Below, piece by piece: positions 51,226 through 52,528 of a stretch of 52,528 nucleotides of DNA. This stretch comes from an uncultured Eggerthella sp. (GTDB taxonomy: Bacteria; Actinomycetota; Coriobacteriia; Coriobacteriales; Eggerthellaceae): NCBI GenBank assembly GCA_900547965.1, contig URJE01000001.1, positions 1-52,528 of the forward strand, written 5' to 3'. Both the position numbers and the translations under genes were made by a program. Position 1 is the first letter of the stretch, and each line of letters opens with the position of its first letter. The notes below the pieces were generated by a model, which worked only from the letters and a program-made list of their open reading frames with translations, was not told where the DNA came from and ran no database searches.

Positions 51226-51942
51226 CTAGCTCAGCGAGAACGTCTGCTCGGCCAAGACGGCGTCGCTGAAGCTCAAAAGCTCCTCGACCTCAACCGTGAT
51301 GTCGCTCATGTCCTCCAGGGCGTAGCCCATCTCCACCGTCGTAGAGGAACCAGGCTTCACATCGCTCGAGTACTTCTCGGAATCCCAATCGCTGCCGATG
51401 GCTGTGCCCAGCTCAACGCCGTTTTGGAACACTTTGGGATAAAGCGCCACCATGAAGCTGGTCGCCTCGTCGGAGTTGTTCGTGAAGGTGTAGGTCACCA
51501 CGGCAGCCGGATTTCCCTGGTAGTCCTCAGTCACCCGGCAGCCGTCGATGGTCACGCCGCAAGCGGCCGCGTCCGATGCGCTCTGCTCGGCCGCCTGGGG
51601 CTCAGTCGCAGATCCGGAATCTTCGACCGCTGCACCCTGCGCTGTCGCCGTATCCAGGCCGCTCTCCTCCATGGCCTGGTCGAGGGCGGCGCTGAAGGCG
51701 CTCTGCATTACGAGCACGAGAATGAAGGCGATCACGGAAAGCACGAGGCCGGCGATCCCTAGGCCCTTGCCGCTCTTCTTCCCCTTCGAAATACCTACCA
51801 ATCCAATGATGGCGAAGACGATGCCGAGAATGGCCAAAAGGAAGGAGAGGTTGTTGATAATCGGCAGAATCGACGTGACCAGTGCCACGATTCCCAATAC
51901 GAGAGAAGCCACGGCCATAGCCGAGCGAGGTTGCGTTTCCAT
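51226..51942 (-). CDS. Membrane protein with three TM helices (DUF4190-like) and an extracellular Ig-like (DUF5067-like) domain
   Basis: AVASLVLGI...LAILGIVFAIIGL....K...GKGLGIAGLVL; acidic linker; DY.G.PA.VVTYTFTNNS....SF......FQNGVEL.....VKPG; GAAGGG RBS. Confidence 0.8.
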   Translation of the reverse strand: METQPRSAMAVASLVLGIVALVTSILPIINNLSFLLAILGIVFAIIGLVGISKGKKSGKGLGIAGLVLSVIAFILVLVMQSAFSAALDQAMEESGLDTATAQGAAVEDSGSATEPQAAEQSASDAAACGVTIDGCRVTEDYQGNPAAVVTYTFTNNSDEATSFMVALYPKVFQNGVELGTAIGSDWDSEKYSSDVKPGSSTTVEMGYALEDMSDITVEVEELLSFSDAVLAEQTFSLS

Positions 51943-52051
51943 AGATGATTCCCTTCTTCTAAACGCGCTATTCCTAACGGACAAGGAAGAAGGGTATCCG
52001 TTCTCGTTAACCGTTTCATTAGCTGCCAGCTAAGGCGGCCGCAAATTTTCC

Positions 52052-52528
52052 CTAGCTCAGGTCGACCTTGGCGCGCACGAGGTAGGCGGACAGGGCGACA
52101 CCGCCACCGGCCACGGCAAGGTTCACCACCGTCTGCATGACGGACACCACGCCGAGCATAAACGACGCCGTTCCCGTGTCCCCCACCATGGCCAGAACGC
52201 CGACAATAGAGAACAGAAGAGAGATCACCCAGCCAATTCCCACATACAGCGCCACGGCCGCAGCCACCTTATGCCGCCGCGCCCACCAAGCGCCCAGCGT
52301 CAGCGAGAGGAACGCCAGCCCCACGGTGTAGGCGGCGGACACGAGGGCATTCGCCACGCCCATGATCGACGAGGCCACCCCGCCGTTGCCCGTCAGCGCC
52401 GACCAGCCGCCCAAAAGCGACAGCACCACCGACACCATGTCCCCATCGCCGTCGGTGATCGCGAGCATGGCCAGCGAGGCGAGCGCGCAGGCCATAAGCG
52501 TGAACACCGCCGCCAGCAAAAAGGCAGC
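52052..52528 (-). CDS. Multi-pass membrane protein, probable ABC-2-type permease (5' end outside the window)
   Basis: Frame is open to the window edge; several hydrophobic segments, LG.....HKV.AAV..Y and terminal Y....KVDL pattern. Confidence 0.6.
   Translation of the reverse strand, partial: AAFLLAAVFTLMACALASLAMLAITDGDGDMVSVVLSLLGGWSALTGNGGVASSIMGVANALVSAAYTVGLAFLSLTLGAWWARRHKVAAAVALYVGIGWVISLLFSIVGVLAMVGDTGTASFMLGVVSVMQTVVNLAVAGGGVALSAYLVRAKVDLS

Overview
Chromosomal window from an anaerobic bacterium. Gene content suggests class Coriobacteriia, probably Eggerthellaceae (inferred, not database-verified). It is mostly core and metabolic genes: dapL, dtd, a TPP-riboswitch thiM-(thiamine-binding protein)-thiE operon, a MerR-controlled SMR efflux pair, a complete seven-gene hdrCBA-flxDCBA electron-bifurcation cluster, ybaK, xpt with a purine permease, coaBC, tRNA-Pro(GGG), a doubly disrupted feoA-feoB pseudogene, ileS-lspA-rluD, a TetR gene with a ~1540-aa acyl-CoA dehydratase-activase fusion, a DUF711 gene, glmS-acpS-nnrD, ligA-tlyA, a GH25 lysozyme, a trigger-factor paralog lacking the PPIase domain, an MFS transporter, and infC(AUA start)-rpmI-rplT behind an L20-leader-like attenuator. 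The last ~2.5 kb is visibly GC-richer and carries a membrane protein / XRE regulator / membrane-anchored Ser/Thr kinase module. No CRISPR array, transposase, integrase or rRNA was seen. The best leads are: (1) the orphan Hdr-Flx complex; (2) a stand-alone 73-aa CxxC...CPEHG metal-ribbon gene preceded by twin identical operators; (3) the XRE-kinase module with its compositional junction; (4) the giant activase fusion with a Cys-containing insert. All family assignments come from motif recognition by eye, not from searches.
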